Made by a program: the position numbers and the translations under genes
Part shown: positions 44,451-54,339 of the stretch, one piece after another
How the letters are laid out: every line of letters starts with the position of its first letter
Position numbering within the stretch: the stretch's first letter is position 1
NCBI GenBank assembly: GCA_036832975.1
Contig: DAITQM010000007.1
Location: forward strand, 14,465-78,464
DNA length: 64,000 bases
DNA from: Pseudomonadota bacterium
GTDB taxonomy: Bacteria > Pseudomonadota > Gammaproteobacteria > Xanthomonadales > Wenzhouxiangellaceae
Reading direction: 5' to 3'
Notes under the pieces: generated by a model
Told to the model about the DNA's origin: nothing
Seen by the model: the letters and a program-made list of their open reading frames with translations, nothing else
Databases searched by the model: none

Positions 44451-45610
44451 TCTTCCCGACCCGTTTCGCGGTATTCCTGCGCCAGCGCCGGGTCGCTGCG
44501 GATCGCCAGTGCCTGCCGGTAATATTCGCCGGCCTTGCCGCGCAACTCCATCGTTTGGCACAAGCGCGCCATCGCCGTCAATAAATCGGGATCGGCAGGG
44601 TGCCGGTGCAACCAGCGGCTGGCTTTTTTGAGCGCCGCTTTCGGCGCGGCGCGGGCCAGCCGTTCCCACGGCACTAACAGCGAAGGCTGCCAGTCCCGGT
44701 CGATTGCCGCCTCGATCCGCCGCCGGACCCGGCGCACCCGCTCCGCCGGTGCTGCTTCGCCGCCGGCGGCGGCCAGTTCCGTGTCGGTTGCCGCGCTGCT
44801 CCCGGCTGCCGGGGTATCGGCCGCAGCGCTGTCGGCCAGCACTCGATCGGCCAATGCCGCCAGTACGGCGGGTTGTTGCCGTATGGCGCCCGGCAGAGCG
44901 CGCCAGATTCGTTCCGCTTCGCCGCCGCCGGCGGTCTGGCGCAGCGCCGCCGCAGCGATGCCCGGTAGCGTTTCGTGCGCCGCCAGCCGCTGGCGCTCGA
45001 GATCGGACAGCACCGGCAACAAGGCACGCCATTCGCCCGCTTCTTCGGCCGCCGAACGCAGCAGGCGCAGCACTTCGGGATGGCGCGGGTGTTCGGTTCG
45101 CAAGGCGGCCAATCGTTTCAACGCTTCCTTGGGCCGGCCGTCGCCCAGCATCAGTCGCGAGCGAGTCAGCGCGATCAAAAGGCGGGTGCGGCGCTGGCCG
45201 TCGTCGGCGGCATCGAGATAACGGGCGCGGCGCTCGTCGGCGTCGGCACCGCGCACGGCACTCGCTGCGGCGAGCCATGCCGCCGGGCTGTGCAGGCGGC
45301 GGGCGGCGCGCTGCAAAGTGTGTTCGGCGCGCCGGTAATCGCCTTCGGCCAGAGCCAGCAGGCCCTTTTCCAGTCCGTGTTGGGCAGCGTGCCGGCGGGT
45401 GCGACGCGGCAAGTGCCAGAGCTGACCCAACAGATAACCGAGCCCGGCGAGTAGCAGCAGGGAGACGAGCAGCGTCGGGACCGTCGTTTCCAGCACCCAA
45501 CCAAAGGCGTTGATGCGCAGCGCACCGGGAGCGGCGGCGAGTTCGGGCACGAGCCAGGCGGCGGCGATGCCGAGGGCCAGCGCAGCGCTGATCCACGCCA
45601 GGCGTTTCAC
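44351..45610 (-). CDS. hemY: HemY-like protein (haem biosynthesis-associated TPR membrane protein)
   Basis: Two N-terminal TM helices, then TPR-like repeats. The GTG at 45610 overlaps the hemX stop (GTGA). Pseudomonas-like synteny. Confidence 0.7.
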   Translation of the reverse strand: MKRLAWISAALALGIAAAWLVPELAAAPGALRINAFGWVLETTVPTLLVSLLLLAGLGYLLGQLWHLPRRTRRHAAQHGLEKGLLALAEGDYRRAEHTLQRAARRLHSPAAWLAAASAVRGADADERRARYLDAADDGQRRTRLLIALTRSRLMLGDGRPKEALKRLAALRTEHPRHPEVLRLLRSAAEEAGEWRALLPVLSDLERQRLAAHETLPGIAAAALRQTAGGGEAERIWRALPGAIRQQPAVLAALADRVLADSAAADTPAAGSSAATDTELAAAGGEAAPAERVRRVRRRIEAAIDRDWQPSLLVPWERLARAAPKAALKKASRWLHRHPADPDLLTAMARLCQTMELRGKAGEYYRQALAIRSDPALAQEYRETGREDQLRGEPPFEPAVPPAAAFPPPAGVSAEKSNES

Positions 45611-46803
45611 GAGTCTTGGCCTTCCGGTACCGTGCCTTGCAGCGCGGCGCGTAGCGCATCGAAGCTCGGCCACTCAGGCAAGCCGGCGGTCGCCAGTGTG
45701 TCAAGCCACCTCCGGGCGGCTGCCAAGTCGCTGTCGGCTGCCGCGGGGTCGGCGGCGGCCAGGTGTTCGGCCAGTGACGTGGCGCTCCGGTGTAGGCGCT
45801 CCGGATCGGCGAAATCGAACGCTAGCGCCAGATCGTGCCAGCGCCGTTCGGTGTCGAGGCGCCAAAGCGCCAGATGAGCGATCGCCTCATCGCGCGGCGT
45901 CGTCTTGCGAAGCACAAACAGGCGGGCAAGCGCCGCTTTGAAGCGCTGCCAGCGGCTTGCCGCCGGCGCCGCCGGCGCCGCCGGTTCGGTTCCGGGTTCC
46001 CAGGCCACGGTCGCCGCGGCGTGCGTTTGCAGTTCAGCGCGCAGTCGCTCGCGTGCCGCACCGGTTGCACTGATCTCAAGTCGCAGTTCGGCGAGGGCCG
46101 TCGGTCCATCCGCCATCGCGCGCCCGCTGGAGGTGACGAGGAACTCGCCGAGGGCGTCGAGGGCCTTTTCAGCGTGGCGCGCGTCGTTGTGCACCGTCAA
46201 GGCGAGCTCGGCGCTGCTCAGCCACGCGGCGGTGAGTTCGCGCCGCCAGGCCGCGGCGGACCGGCGCTCGGACTCGAGCGCCGCGATCCGTTGTGACAGA
46301 TCGGCAACCGCGACTTGCGCCCGAGCGGCGTCTTGCACGGCGCGGGCTGTTTCAGCGGCCAGCGCTGCCGACCGCGATTCGTTCGCGGCGACCCTGCCGG
46401 CCAGATCGGTCGCGCGGCCGCCCTGAGATTCGACGGCAGTCAGCCGTTCATCGAGCCCGGCCAGCCGCGCCTGGAGGTCGTCGGCCTCAGCTGCCGTTCT
46501 TTCTTGCCCACGGGCCAAGCCGCTTTCGAGGGTGGCGAGGCGTTCTTCAAACGCGACGGCGCTTTGTTCGCGCTGGGTTGCCAGCCAGTAATCAACCGCT
46601 GCCGCGGCCGCTGCCGCGACCAGAAGAACGGCAAGCCCCCAGAGAACACGTTGCACTGCGCGGCTTTTTTGGGGCTCGACCTTGGGCGCGGCTTTGCCGG
46701 AGGGGCGGTTACCGCTGGCCTTCGCAGCCGGTTCACCGGGTTTGGACTGGGCGGCGGCAAGGCGTTTGGTGGTGGTTTTATCCGAGACGGGTGGGCTGGT
46801 CAT
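45607..46803 (-). CDS. hemX: HemX-like protein (uroporphyrinogen-III C-methyltransferase-like membrane protein)
   Basis: Single TM, then a long Ala/Glu-rich coiled coil. Synteny hemD-hemX-hemY. Start uncertain (46803 or 46833). Confidence 0.65.
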   Translation of the reverse strand: MTSPPVSDKTTTKRLAAAQSKPGEPAAKASGNRPSGKAAPKVEPQKSRAVQRVLWGLAVLLVAAAAAAAVDYWLATQREQSAVAFEERLATLESGLARGQERTAAEADDLQARLAGLDERLTAVESQGGRATDLAGRVAANESRSAALAAETARAVQDAARAQVAVADLSQRIAALESERRSAAAWRRELTAAWLSSAELALTVHNDARHAEKALDALGEFLVTSSGRAMADGPTALAELRLEISATGAARERLRAELQTHAAATVAWEPGTEPAAPAAPAASRWQRFKAALARLFVLRKTTPRDEAIAHLALWRLDTERRWHDLALAFDFADPERLHRSATSLAEHLAAADPAAADSDLAAARRWLDTLATAGLPEWPSFDALRAALQGTVPEGQDS

Positions 46804-46908
46804 GACGCTCCGATGAATCGATTTATGCGGCACGGCGATGCCGTGGCAATAAGGATACCTCAGCTTTTACGGTTTGAACGAAATACCAGACGATGATGAG
46901 ATCGTCAT

Positions 46909-47021
46909 GCCCGGCGAAATCAGGCGCTCCTTAGCGGCTGATTTCGGGAGCGCAGCGCAAGTCGCGCCTTTCGCCAGCGACGTTGAAATACGCCAGGATG
47001 GCGTTTTTCAACAACCTGCTA
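46909..47021 (-). repeat. 113-bp structured repeat, copy A (inverted relative to copy B)
   Basis: The reverse complement matches 55392-55503 with about 4 mismatches. Lies in the hemD-hemX intergenic region. Confidence 0.85.
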
Positions 47022-47031
47022 GTGCACTCCG

Positions 47032-47778
47032 TCACTTATATTGTGACAACAGCGTTCGGCAGCACGTCGCAAGCGATTCGGTGCCGGGGTCCGGGCTTGA
47101 GACGATGCGCGTAAAGCCGAGTTCGGCGGCCGATGCCGCAAGTCGTTTGGAAATCACGATCACGGGTTGAGTGAGCAGGTGTTGCCAGACGCGGGGGGGC
47201 AGTGTGTCGAGCAGGGCTTTGAGGCCGCCGGCGCTGGTCGCCAGCGTGACGAAGCCGCCTTGGTGGCCGGCGATCCGGGCCAGCACCGCCGGATCCGGCG
47301 CCGACGGCTCGCGCCGGTAAACGTACAGAATGCGGACCTCAGCGCCGCGTTGGCGCAAGGTCGAGGGGATCAAATCACGGCCGCCGGGCGCAGTCAGCAG
47401 AGTGATCGTGCGGCCGGCGACCTGCTGCATTTCAGCCATCGCCAGCAGCGCTTCACTGTCATGCCCCGCGGCCGGCAGCCGGATCGTGCCGACGCCGGCC
47501 GCCTGTAATTGCCGCTCGGTGCCGTGTCCCAGGCAGATCGCCCGTACCTTCCGGCGTAGGGCAACGGGGAGCGCTGCGATGTAAGGCACCGCATGACGGC
47601 TCGGGATGATCCACCAATCGCCCGGTCGAGGCATCAGGCCCTGGCCGCCGGCGGGTGGGGTTTCGCCAACGATCCGCCACAGTCCGGGATTGACCACCTC
47701 GGCCGCCGGGCAGCCGAGTGCGGTTGTCAGTCGCGCATCGTCTCCGGGCTGGCGGGTGGAGACGATCAGCGTTTTCAC
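47032..47778 (-). CDS. hemD: Uroporphyrinogen-III synthase
   Basis: HemD size and fold. Operon context with hemC and hemX. Confidence 0.75.
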   Translation of the reverse strand: MKTLIVSTRQPGDDARLTTALGCPAAEVVNPGLWRIVGETPPAGGQGLMPRPGDWWIIPSRHAVPYIAALPVALRRKVRAICLGHGTERQLQAAGVGTIRLPAAGHDSEALLAMAEMQQVAGRTITLLTAPGGRDLIPSTLRQRGAEVRILYVYRREPSAPDPAVLARIAGHQGGFVTLATSAGGLKALLDTLPPRVWQHLLTQPVIVISKRLAASAAELGFTRIVSSPDPGTESLATCCRTLLSQYK

Positions 47779-47779
47779 C

Positions 47780-48088
47780 TTATTTTTTACGGATATATTC
47801 GCTGAGTCCGTGCTGGTGGCGGCGGGTTTCCAGTTGCTTTTCCTCGACCGTCTGGCAGTAGACCTTCTGTAGACGCCGGCCGGTGGCTTCTTCGCGGGCG
47901 CAATAAATCCGTTCGTCGTCGAGCCGCAGTTTACCGTCTTTGGAGATCAGCGCTCTGACCCCATCGCTCAAGGCGATATCGGAGGCATGCTCGACCTGAG
48001 TGACTTTTTGCGCCGCTGCCGTGAAGGGCAGAAGAAGAGCGAGGCAGAGAATGGGGGTTGAATATTTCATGATGGTTGAACGTTTCAT
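47780..48088 (-). CDS. Small secreted protein with C-x14-C loop, hypothetical
   Basis: Signal peptide ...ILCLALLLPFTAAAQ. C-terminal YCAREEATGRRLQKVYCQT. Lower G+C than its neighbours. Confidence 0.5.
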   Translation of the reverse strand: MKRSTIMKYSTPILCLALLLPFTAAAQKVTQVEHASDIALSDGVRALISKDGKLRLDDERIYCAREEATGRRLQKVYCQTVEEKQLETRRHQHGLSEYIRKK

Positions 48089-48131
48089 GTGGACTCCTTC
48101 GATTGAACATCGGTGGCAGTAGGGAACGTAA

Positions 48132-48341
48132 TCACTTGCAGACCCGAACCCCGGTACGGCTTCCAGTACGCTTGATCACTTGACACTTGGGCTCGGTTTT
48201 GGTGTCCTGTTGACTCGTCTCGTCGCCCGCCTCGGCAGGAGCGTTGCCTTTTCCGCCGGCTTGCTCGACCGGGCCCGCGGCGCAGGCCGCCAGTGTAACG
48301 CTAATAATCAGCGTTGGTATCACATTTTTCATCATAGGCAC
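48132..48341 (-). CDS. Small lipoprotein with C-x14-C loop, hypothetical (paralogue of 47780..48088)
   Basis: Lipobox VTLAAC. C-terminal KCQVIKRTGSRTGVRVCK shares the C-x5-TGxR-x5-C spacing. Confidence 0.5.
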   Translation of the reverse strand: MPMMKNVIPTLIISVTLAACAAGPVEQAGGKGNAPAEAGDETSQQDTKTEPKCQVIKRTGSRTGVRVCK

Positions 48342-48491
48342 TCCCAGATAGAACGATAGATTTCGTGATCATGCCTGTCTTTTATAGCAAACTTTTGTTG
48401 TCTACGCAAGTATTCGTAATTACCGGCCCGAAAACAATCCGGATCCCGCCCAGGGGCAGGGCCGGGGTCAGCGTCCGGTGACGGGGGAGTG

Positions 48492-49394
48492 TCAGTCCCG
48501 GAGCTGTGCTACCAGCGCCGCGATCGGATGCTGCCCACCGCCGATCGACGCCTCCTCGAGCGGCAGGTCCGCCCGCCGGATCCGGCCCCGGTCGTCGGCG
48601 ATCAAGCCGTACAGTCCGGGTTCGGGGGTGTTGAGATCGGCGAAAGCACCGAACGCGGTATGACAATCGGCGCCGAGGGCGGCGGCGAGACGGCGCTCCA
48701 GTTCGACCGCGCCGCGGGTCGGCCGGTGATCGAATACAGCGAGCCGCTCGCCGGTGGCACGGTCGTCGGCCCGGCACTGGATCGCGATCGCGCCCTGGGC
48801 CGGGGCTGGTAGCCAGGCGGGTGGCGCCAGGCGCTGGGTGATGCGCTCTCCAAAGCCGAGCCGCTTGAGGCCGGCCGCGGCCAGTACGATGGCATCGAAA
48901 TCGCCTTGGTCGAGGCGTTTGAGCCGGGTATCGACATTGCCGCGTAAGTCGAGAATGTCGAGATCGGGCCGTGCCGCTTGGATCTGGACGCGGCGCCGGG
49001 CGCTCGAGGTACCGACCCGTGCCCCGGCCGGCAACGCTTCCAGTGCCGGGTGGTGGGGGCAAAGCAGCACGTCGGCGGGGTCGGCGCGTTCGAGCACCGC
49101 GGCGAGCGTCAGGCGCGGGTCCATTTCCACCGGGACGTCTTTCATTGAGTGGACCGCCAGGTCGGCCCGCCCGGCGAGCAGTGCCTGTTCCAGTTCCTTC
49201 AGGAACAAACCCTTGCCGCCAATCGCCGCCAGCGGGCGGTCGAGGATGCGGTCGCCGCGGGTGGTCAGCGGTAACAGATCCACTTCAAGCCCGGGGTAAC
49301 GCCGGGTCAGCAGGGTTTGCACGTGACGGCTTTGCCACAAGGCCAGTGGGCTTTGCCGGGTGGCGATGGTCAGACGGCCGGGTCGTTGGGTCAT
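48492..49394 (-). CDS. hemC: Hydroxymethylbilane synthase
   Basis: LTIATRQSPLALWQ N-terminus. Start at MTQRPGR overlaps the algR stop. Confidence 0.9.
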   Translation of the reverse strand: MTQRPGRLTIATRQSPLALWQSRHVQTLLTRRYPGLEVDLLPLTTRGDRILDRPLAAIGGKGLFLKELEQALLAGRADLAVHSMKDVPVEMDPRLTLAAVLERADPADVLLCPHHPALEALPAGARVGTSSARRRVQIQAARPDLDILDLRGNVDTRLKRLDQGDFDAIVLAAAGLKRLGFGERITQRLAPPAWLPAPAQGAIAIQCRADDRATGERLAVFDHRPTRGAVELERRLAAALGADCHTAFGAFADLNTPEPGLYGLIADDRGRIRRADLPLEEASIGGGQHPIAALVAQLRD

Positions 49395-50113
49395 GGATTC
49401 GGGTGTTCGGCAGGGGATGGTGTGACCAGCGCCGCGCGGACTGCCGGTAAGTGGCGGCGCGATACGAGCAACCGCTCCGGATACCCGTCGAGCTGCACGT
49501 AGTTGATTTCGCCGGACTTGACCAGACGGCACAGGCGTTGGCGGGCGATCAGGGTCCGGCGGTGAATGCGCAGAAAGAAATCGCCCGCCCGGCGTTCCAG
49601 CTCGGCCAGCGACAGATCGGTGACCACGGTACCGCCCAGATGATGGAGCGTGACGTATTTATCTTCGGCGCGGCACCACAGAATATGCTCCAGCGGCAGG
49701 CGATCGAGGTGCTGGCCGCTGCGGATCGTCAGAGACAGTCCGCTCGCCTGTGCCGCGCGCCAGCGGGCAGCGCGATCCAGTGCGGCGCGCAGCCGCCGGC
49801 GGGACACCGGTTTGAGCAGATAGTCGATCGCGCCGTGCTCGTAGGCGGCCAGGGCGTGTTGTTCATAGGCGGTGATGAAGATGATCACCAGGTGCGGCCA
49901 ACGCTGCCGGGCCAGCGCCGCGAAGGCCATCCCGTTCATGCCGGGCATTTCATAATCGAGCAAGACGATGTCGGCCGCCGTCTCGGCCAGTAAAGCGACG
50001 GCCGCGGCGCCGTTTTCCGCTTCGCCGCTGATCCGGCAGTCGGGACAGTGAACCAACATATCTCGCAGGCGCGCTCTGGACAGCGGTTCGTCATCGACCA
50101 GAAACAGATTCAC
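49391..50113 (-). CDS. algR: LytTR-family response regulator (AlgR-like)
   Basis: Receiver domain (LVDDEPL...DIVLLDYEMPGMNG) plus a C-terminal LytTR domain. Sits upstream of hemC as in Pseudomonas. Confidence 0.8.
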   Translation of the reverse strand: MNLFLVDDEPLSRARLRDMLVHCPDCRISGEAENGAAAVALLAETAADIVLLDYEMPGMNGMAFAALARQRWPHLVIIFITAYEQHALAAYEHGAIDYLLKPVSRRRLRAALDRAARWRAAQASGLSLTIRSGQHLDRLPLEHILWCRAEDKYVTLHHLGGTVVTDLSLAELERRAGDFFLRIHRRTLIARQRLCRLVKSGEINYVQLDGYPERLLVSRRHLPAVRAALVTPSPAEHPNP

Positions 50114-51177
50114 GTCGCGTTCTCTCGGGCGGTAGCCGTGAGCGGGAGCCGGAGCCGGACGACGAACCGATTGTCTTCGCGCCAGGCGTCCAATCCGGCT
50201 TCCGGCCCGTAGTGCAGCGCCAGCCGGGCGCGCAGATTGGCCAGGGCCAGACCGCCGCGGTGGGCGCCGGATTCATCGCCGGTTGGCGCGGGTGCTCGAT
50301 TGTCCTGCGCCGCCACCGGGTGAGGGTTTTCGATTTCGCATTCGACATAGCGGTCGGCGATCCGGGCGCGGATCGCGATGACCCCGCCCGCCGGCGACGG
50401 CGCGATGCCGTGCAGCACGGCGTTTTCCACCAGCGGCTGCAGGGACAGCGGCGGGACCGGAATGTCCGGCAAGGCCGCCGGCAATGTCCAGTGGACTTTG
50501 AGCCGCGCGCCGAAACGCAGTTGCTGCAAGGCGAGGTAGTCGCGGCAAAGCTGCACTTCTTCGCTCAGCGGGACCAGGCGGTCGGGGTCGCCGAGCGCGC
50601 CGCGCAGCAAGGTGGCGAGTTGTTCCAGCGCCGTGACCGCATCTTGCGGCTGCCGGGGGACCAGCGCCGCGACCGTGTTCAGCGCATTGAACAGAAAATG
50701 CGGCCGGATCCGGGCCTGCAAGGCGTCGAAGCGGGCGCGCTCGGCGGCCAGCCGGCCGCGACGCCAGCGCTCGTCGAGTACCAGATAACGTAGCAACATG
50801 CCGCCGAGCAGTGCGGCGATCAGTCCGATCCGCAATACCACCTGGGCGGCCGGCGCCGTTCCGGTCATTTCCCAATGCAAGGTGCGGTCGAACCCGGTCG
50901 TGGCCGCGCCCATCGCCAGGGCTATGGCGATCACCAAAATCCACGCCAGAAACCAGCCGCCCCGGCCGAGCCGTTCGAGGCGCCGGCCCAGCAGGCAGAG
51001 CACCGCCAGCGCGATCAAGGCCAGCCAGACCGCGAACAGCGAGGCCAGGCCGAACACCGCGAAGCTCCACGGACGCAATGGATCGAGCAGCGGCAATAAG
51101 GCCCCGAGTTCGGCGATCGTGACCGCGGCGAACAGCACCGGCCAGCGGCAGAAGATCGGAACGGAGCTGTCGTTCAT
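50110..51177 (-). CDS. algZ: LytS/AlgZ-type sensor histidine kinase
   Basis: Polytopic N-terminus, then the RIRPHFLFNALN H-box. Start at MNDSSVP. The track ORF upstream extension is a shadow of the esterase gene region. Confidence 0.8.
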   Translation of the reverse strand: MNDSSVPIFCRWPVLFAAVTIAELGALLPLLDPLRPWSFAVFGLASLFAVWLALIALAVLCLLGRRLERLGRGGWFLAWILVIAIALAMGAATTGFDRTLHWEMTGTAPAAQVVLRIGLIAALLGGMLLRYLVLDERWRRGRLAAERARFDALQARIRPHFLFNALNTVAALVPRQPQDAVTALEQLATLLRGALGDPDRLVPLSEEVQLCRDYLALQQLRFGARLKVHWTLPAALPDIPVPPLSLQPLVENAVLHGIAPSPAGGVIAIRARIADRYVECEIENPHPVAAQDNRAPAPTGDESGAHRGGLALANLRARLALHYGPEAGLDAWREDNRFVVRLRLPLTATARENAT

Positions 51178-51878
51178 GCCGTTTCCCCGCCATCCAGTTG
51201 GGCGAGGCGGGCGAGCAGCCAGGTTTCGAGATCGGCGATTTCCGCGGCGCAGACCTGGTGTTGCATCGGGTAGGTGTGCCAATCGACCGCGATCCCCGCG
51301 GCTTGCAGCGTCCGCCGGCCGGCTTCTCCGAGCGCCGGGGGGATCAGCGGATCGTGGCGGCCGTGGGCCATAAAGACCGGAACCCGGCGGGCTGCGGGCT
51401 GCGGCCAGGGGTCGGGCAGGCCGGCGGCGGGCAGGTAGCAGCTCAACGCCACGATACCGGCGGGCGGCGTTTCGAGCCCGAGACCCGTGGCCAGCGCGAT
51501 CACGCCGCCTTGAGAGAACCCTGCTAAAAAAAGTCGACAAACGGGGAGGGTCCGATCCGCGGCGAGCAGCGCGCGGAGCGCGGCGCAGGCGGCGGCAATC
51601 CCGGCGCCGTCCTGGCCACGCTGCAACTCCATGCCGGTGATGTCGTACCAGGCCCGCATCACCATGCCGTTGTTGATTGTCACCGGCCGGTACGGGGCGT
51701 GCGGGAAGCGGTAATGGACGCCGCGCGCCGCCAGACGCGGCATCGCTTCGGCGATCGGCACGAAATCGTGGCCGTCGGCGCCGAGGCCGTGCAGCCAGAC
51801 GATGCCGCACGACGGCCGCTCGGCGGTTTTCAGTTCGATGACCTCGAGCGCCGGTGCGTTATCATGGTTGCGGTTCAT
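51174..51878 (-). CDS. Carboxylesterase/phospholipase family alpha/beta hydrolase
   Basis: WLHGLGADG and GFSQGG motifs. Confidence 0.8.
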   Translation of the reverse strand: MNRNHDNAPALEVIELKTAERPSCGIVWLHGLGADGHDFVPIAEAMPRLAARGVHYRFPHAPYRPVTINNGMVMRAWYDITGMELQRGQDGAGIAAACAALRALLAADRTLPVCRLFLAGFSQGGVIALATGLGLETPPAGIVALSCYLPAAGLPDPWPQPAARRVPVFMAHGRHDPLIPPALGEAGRRTLQAAGIAVDWHTYPMQHQVCAAEIADLETWLLARLAQLDGGETA

Positions 51879-51904
51879 CCCCGTCAGTTTACCGGTTTCG
51901 ACTT

Positions 51905-52120
51905 ATGCGCCGCATGCCGCTCATCGTTGCCTTGACCGTGGTTCTGCTTGCCGCCTGCGGTCAGAAAGGGCCGCTGTTCCTGCCGCCGCCCGAGCCGCCG
52001 CCGGCCGCCGAAGCGCCGGCCGCTGAAGCGGAGCCGGCCGCGGGCGAGCCACAAAGCACCGACCAATCCAGTGAGGATGACGATGACGGAGGCACGGCCG
52101 CCCGGCCCGCCCGGGGCTGA
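51905..52120 (+). CDS. lptM: LptM (YifL-like) lipoprotein
   Basis: LLAACGQKGPLFLP signature followed by a Pro/Ala/acidic tail. Lies upstream of dapF. Confidence 0.7.
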   Translation: MRRMPLIVALTVVLLAACGQKGPLFLPPPEPPPAAEAPAAEAEPAAGEPQSTDQSSEDDDDGGTAARPARG

Positions 52121-52123
52121 GCG

Positions 52124-52804
52124 ATGGAACGCCGGCCCGAACCGGAGTTGATGGATTCCCCGGCGCAGACCGCGGCCTACGCGGCGGCGGATTTCGCTGA
52201 CGCCAACACTCTGTTCACCGAGACCTTTGCCGCGTTGCGCTCGGCGTTGCCGGTGCACGGCGTGCTCTACGACCTCGGTTGCGGTCCAGCCGATATCACG
52301 CAACGACTGGCGCGCTTGCTGCCCGGCTGGCGGCTGATCGGGCTCGATGCCGGCCCCAACATGCTGGCGGCGGCGGCTGAGGCCGTGCACTGTGCGCCGG
52401 ATCGTGAGGATCTGAGCCGGCGCATCGAATTTCAACTCCGGCACCTGCCGGACTCGAGCCTGCCGCGCGGCGCGGCCGGCGCGGTGGTCAGCAATTCGCT
52501 GTTGCACCATCTGCCCGACCCGCGAGCCCTTTGGCAAACGGTGTTGCACCTCGCGGCACCGGGGGCTGTGGTGCAGGTGATGGATCTCGAACGGCCGCCG
52601 GACAACGCGGCGGTCAAAGCGCTCGTCGAACGTTACGCCGGCGATGCGCCGGCTGTGCTGCGCGACGATTTCGATCATTCTCTGCGCGCCGCTTATCGCC
52701 CGGCCGAGGTGACCGCGCAGCTCGCCGCCGCCGGCCTCGGCTGGCTTGCGGTGCGCCGGGTCAGCGACCGGCACTGGCTGGCGCAGGGGATACGGCCGGT
52801 GTGA
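52124..52804 (+). CDS. Class I SAM-dependent methyltransferase
   Basis: Motif I LYDLGCGPADIT. Confidence 0.7.
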   Translation: MERRPEPELMDSPAQTAAYAAADFADANTLFTETFAALRSALPVHGVLYDLGCGPADITQRLARLLPGWRLIGLDAGPNMLAAAAEAVHCAPDREDLSRRIEFQLRHLPDSSLPRGAAGAVVSNSLLHHLPDPRALWQTVLHLAAPGAVVQVMDLERPPDNAAVKALVERYAGDAPAVLRDDFDHSLRAAYRPAEVTAQLAAAGLGWLAVRRVSDRHWLAQGIRPV

Positions 52805-53607
52805 TGCGGCGTTTCCACAAGCTGCACGGCCTGGGCAACGATTTCATGCTGGTCGATGCCCGGCAGAGCCCGTGGACACCTGACCCCAGCACGATCGCGG
52901 CGCTGGCCGACCGCCACGAAGGCATCGGTTTCGACCAGTTGCTGATCCTCGATACGCCGGCCGAGCGCGCCGCCGACGTTGCCTGCCGCATCTACAATCT
53001 CGACGGCAGTGCCGCCCAGCAGTGTCTGAACGGCGTGCGCTGCATCGCCCGCTATCTGGCCGATACGTCGCCCGGGCCGGTTGAATGGCGGATCGCGGCC
53101 CCCGCCGGCCAGGTGATCGGCGCCCGGCTGCAAGGCAAGGGCGTCGAGTTGTCGCTGCCGCTGCCGCGCCTACTCGACACTGCACCGTGCGACATCGACG
53201 TGCCCGGCAGGCGTTTGTCGGTTTGGCGGGTCGACGCCGGCAATCTGCATGCCATTGCTTTCGGCCACGAGCCCAGGGAAGCGCGCGCCCGCTTCGGCCG
53301 TGCCGTTTCGGTCCACCCGTCGTTCGCGGACGGCGCCAATGCCGGTTTCGCCCGTTTTGCCGGCGACGGCGAGATCGAACTGGCGGTTTTCGAGCGCGGC
53401 AGCGGACCGACCCGGGCGTGCGGCAGCGCCGCCGCCGCCGCCGCGGTCGCCGCCCGGGCGCAAACGGCGCGCCGCGGGCCGTGGACGGTTCGCCAACCCG
53501 GCGGCGTGCTTGTGATAGATTGGGACGCGGCGGGAGAGACGCTGGTGCAACGCGGCCCGGCTGTACATGTCTTTCAAGGTGAACTGATTGAACAACGTTT
53601 CCGCTGA
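52804..53607 (+). CDS. dapF: Diaminopimelate epimerase
   Basis: MRRFHKLHGLGNDFMLVD N-terminus. The ATG overlaps the upstream stop (TGATG). The track ORF from 52531 is an out-of-context extension. Confidence 0.9.
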   Translation: MRRFHKLHGLGNDFMLVDARQSPWTPDPSTIAALADRHEGIGFDQLLILDTPAERAADVACRIYNLDGSAAQQCLNGVRCIARYLADTSPGPVEWRIAAPAGQVIGARLQGKGVELSLPLPRLLDTAPCDIDVPGRRLSVWRVDAGNLHAIAFGHEPREARARFGRAVSVHPSFADGANAGFARFAGDGEIELAVFERGSGPTRACGSAAAAAAVAARAQTARRGPWTVRQPGGVLVIDWDAAGETLVQRGPAVHVFQGELIEQRFR

Positions 53608-54280
53608 ACAACCGATCGACGATCTCGACGGCCGGGAGCGCGCGGTCGTTGAATTCCTGCACGCGCATCCGGACTTTTTGCGCCGCCATCCGGAACTGCT
53701 CGACCGTTTGGAACCGCCGGAGGGCGATGCCACTGCCGTGTCGCTCGTCGAGTACCAGTTGCGGCGGGCGAGAAAACGGCTCGCCGAGTTGGAGATGCGG
53801 CTCAAAAGCCTGATCGACATCGCCCGCGCCAACGAAACCCTGCTGCTCCGCCTGCATCAGGTCCATCTCGAACTGGGTAGTTGTGCCGGCGCCGAATTGC
53901 TCGATAAGTTGGATGGCGCGTTGCGCGCCGATTTCGCGGTCGATGCTTGGTGTGTCCTGGTCGGCAACGAGATGCTCGGCGGCTTGCAACATCCGCGGCT
54001 CAAACGGCCCGGCCACGAGCCGGTGCTCGACGCCCTGATCGCCGCCCCCCGGCCGCATTGCGGCCGCCTGACCGCGGCCAAGCGCCAAGCGCTGTTCGGC
54101 GCTATGGAAATCGCCTCGGCGGCGCTGGCGCCGTTGCCGCAAGGCGGCTTGCTGGCGCTCGGTAGCCGTGATCCCGAGCGCTTCACACCCGATGCCGATA
54201 CCCTGCTGTTAAAACTCCTCGGCCTGACGTTGGCCCGGCGCCTGCCGCTGGTCACCGTCGTGGCCTCCGCGGCCGGGTGA
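53588..54280 (+). CDS. DUF484-family protein
   Basis: Conserved dapF-DUF484-xerC synteny. GAF-like C-terminus. Confidence 0.7.
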   Translation: MNNVSAEQPIDDLDGRERAVVEFLHAHPDFLRRHPELLDRLEPPEGDATAVSLVEYQLRRARKRLAELEMRLKSLIDIARANETLLLRLHQVHLELGSCAGAELLDKLDGALRADFAVDAWCVLVGNEMLGGLQHPRLKRPGHEPVLDALIAAPRPHCGRLTAAKRQALFGAMEIASAALAPLPQGGLLALGSRDPERFTPDADTLLLKLLGLTLARRLPLVTVVASAAG

Positions 54281-54339
54281 TCCGCTTCAGACCTGGCTAT
54301 TTCATGAACGATTCGCGGTGCGAAAATCTGCCCCCTTCC

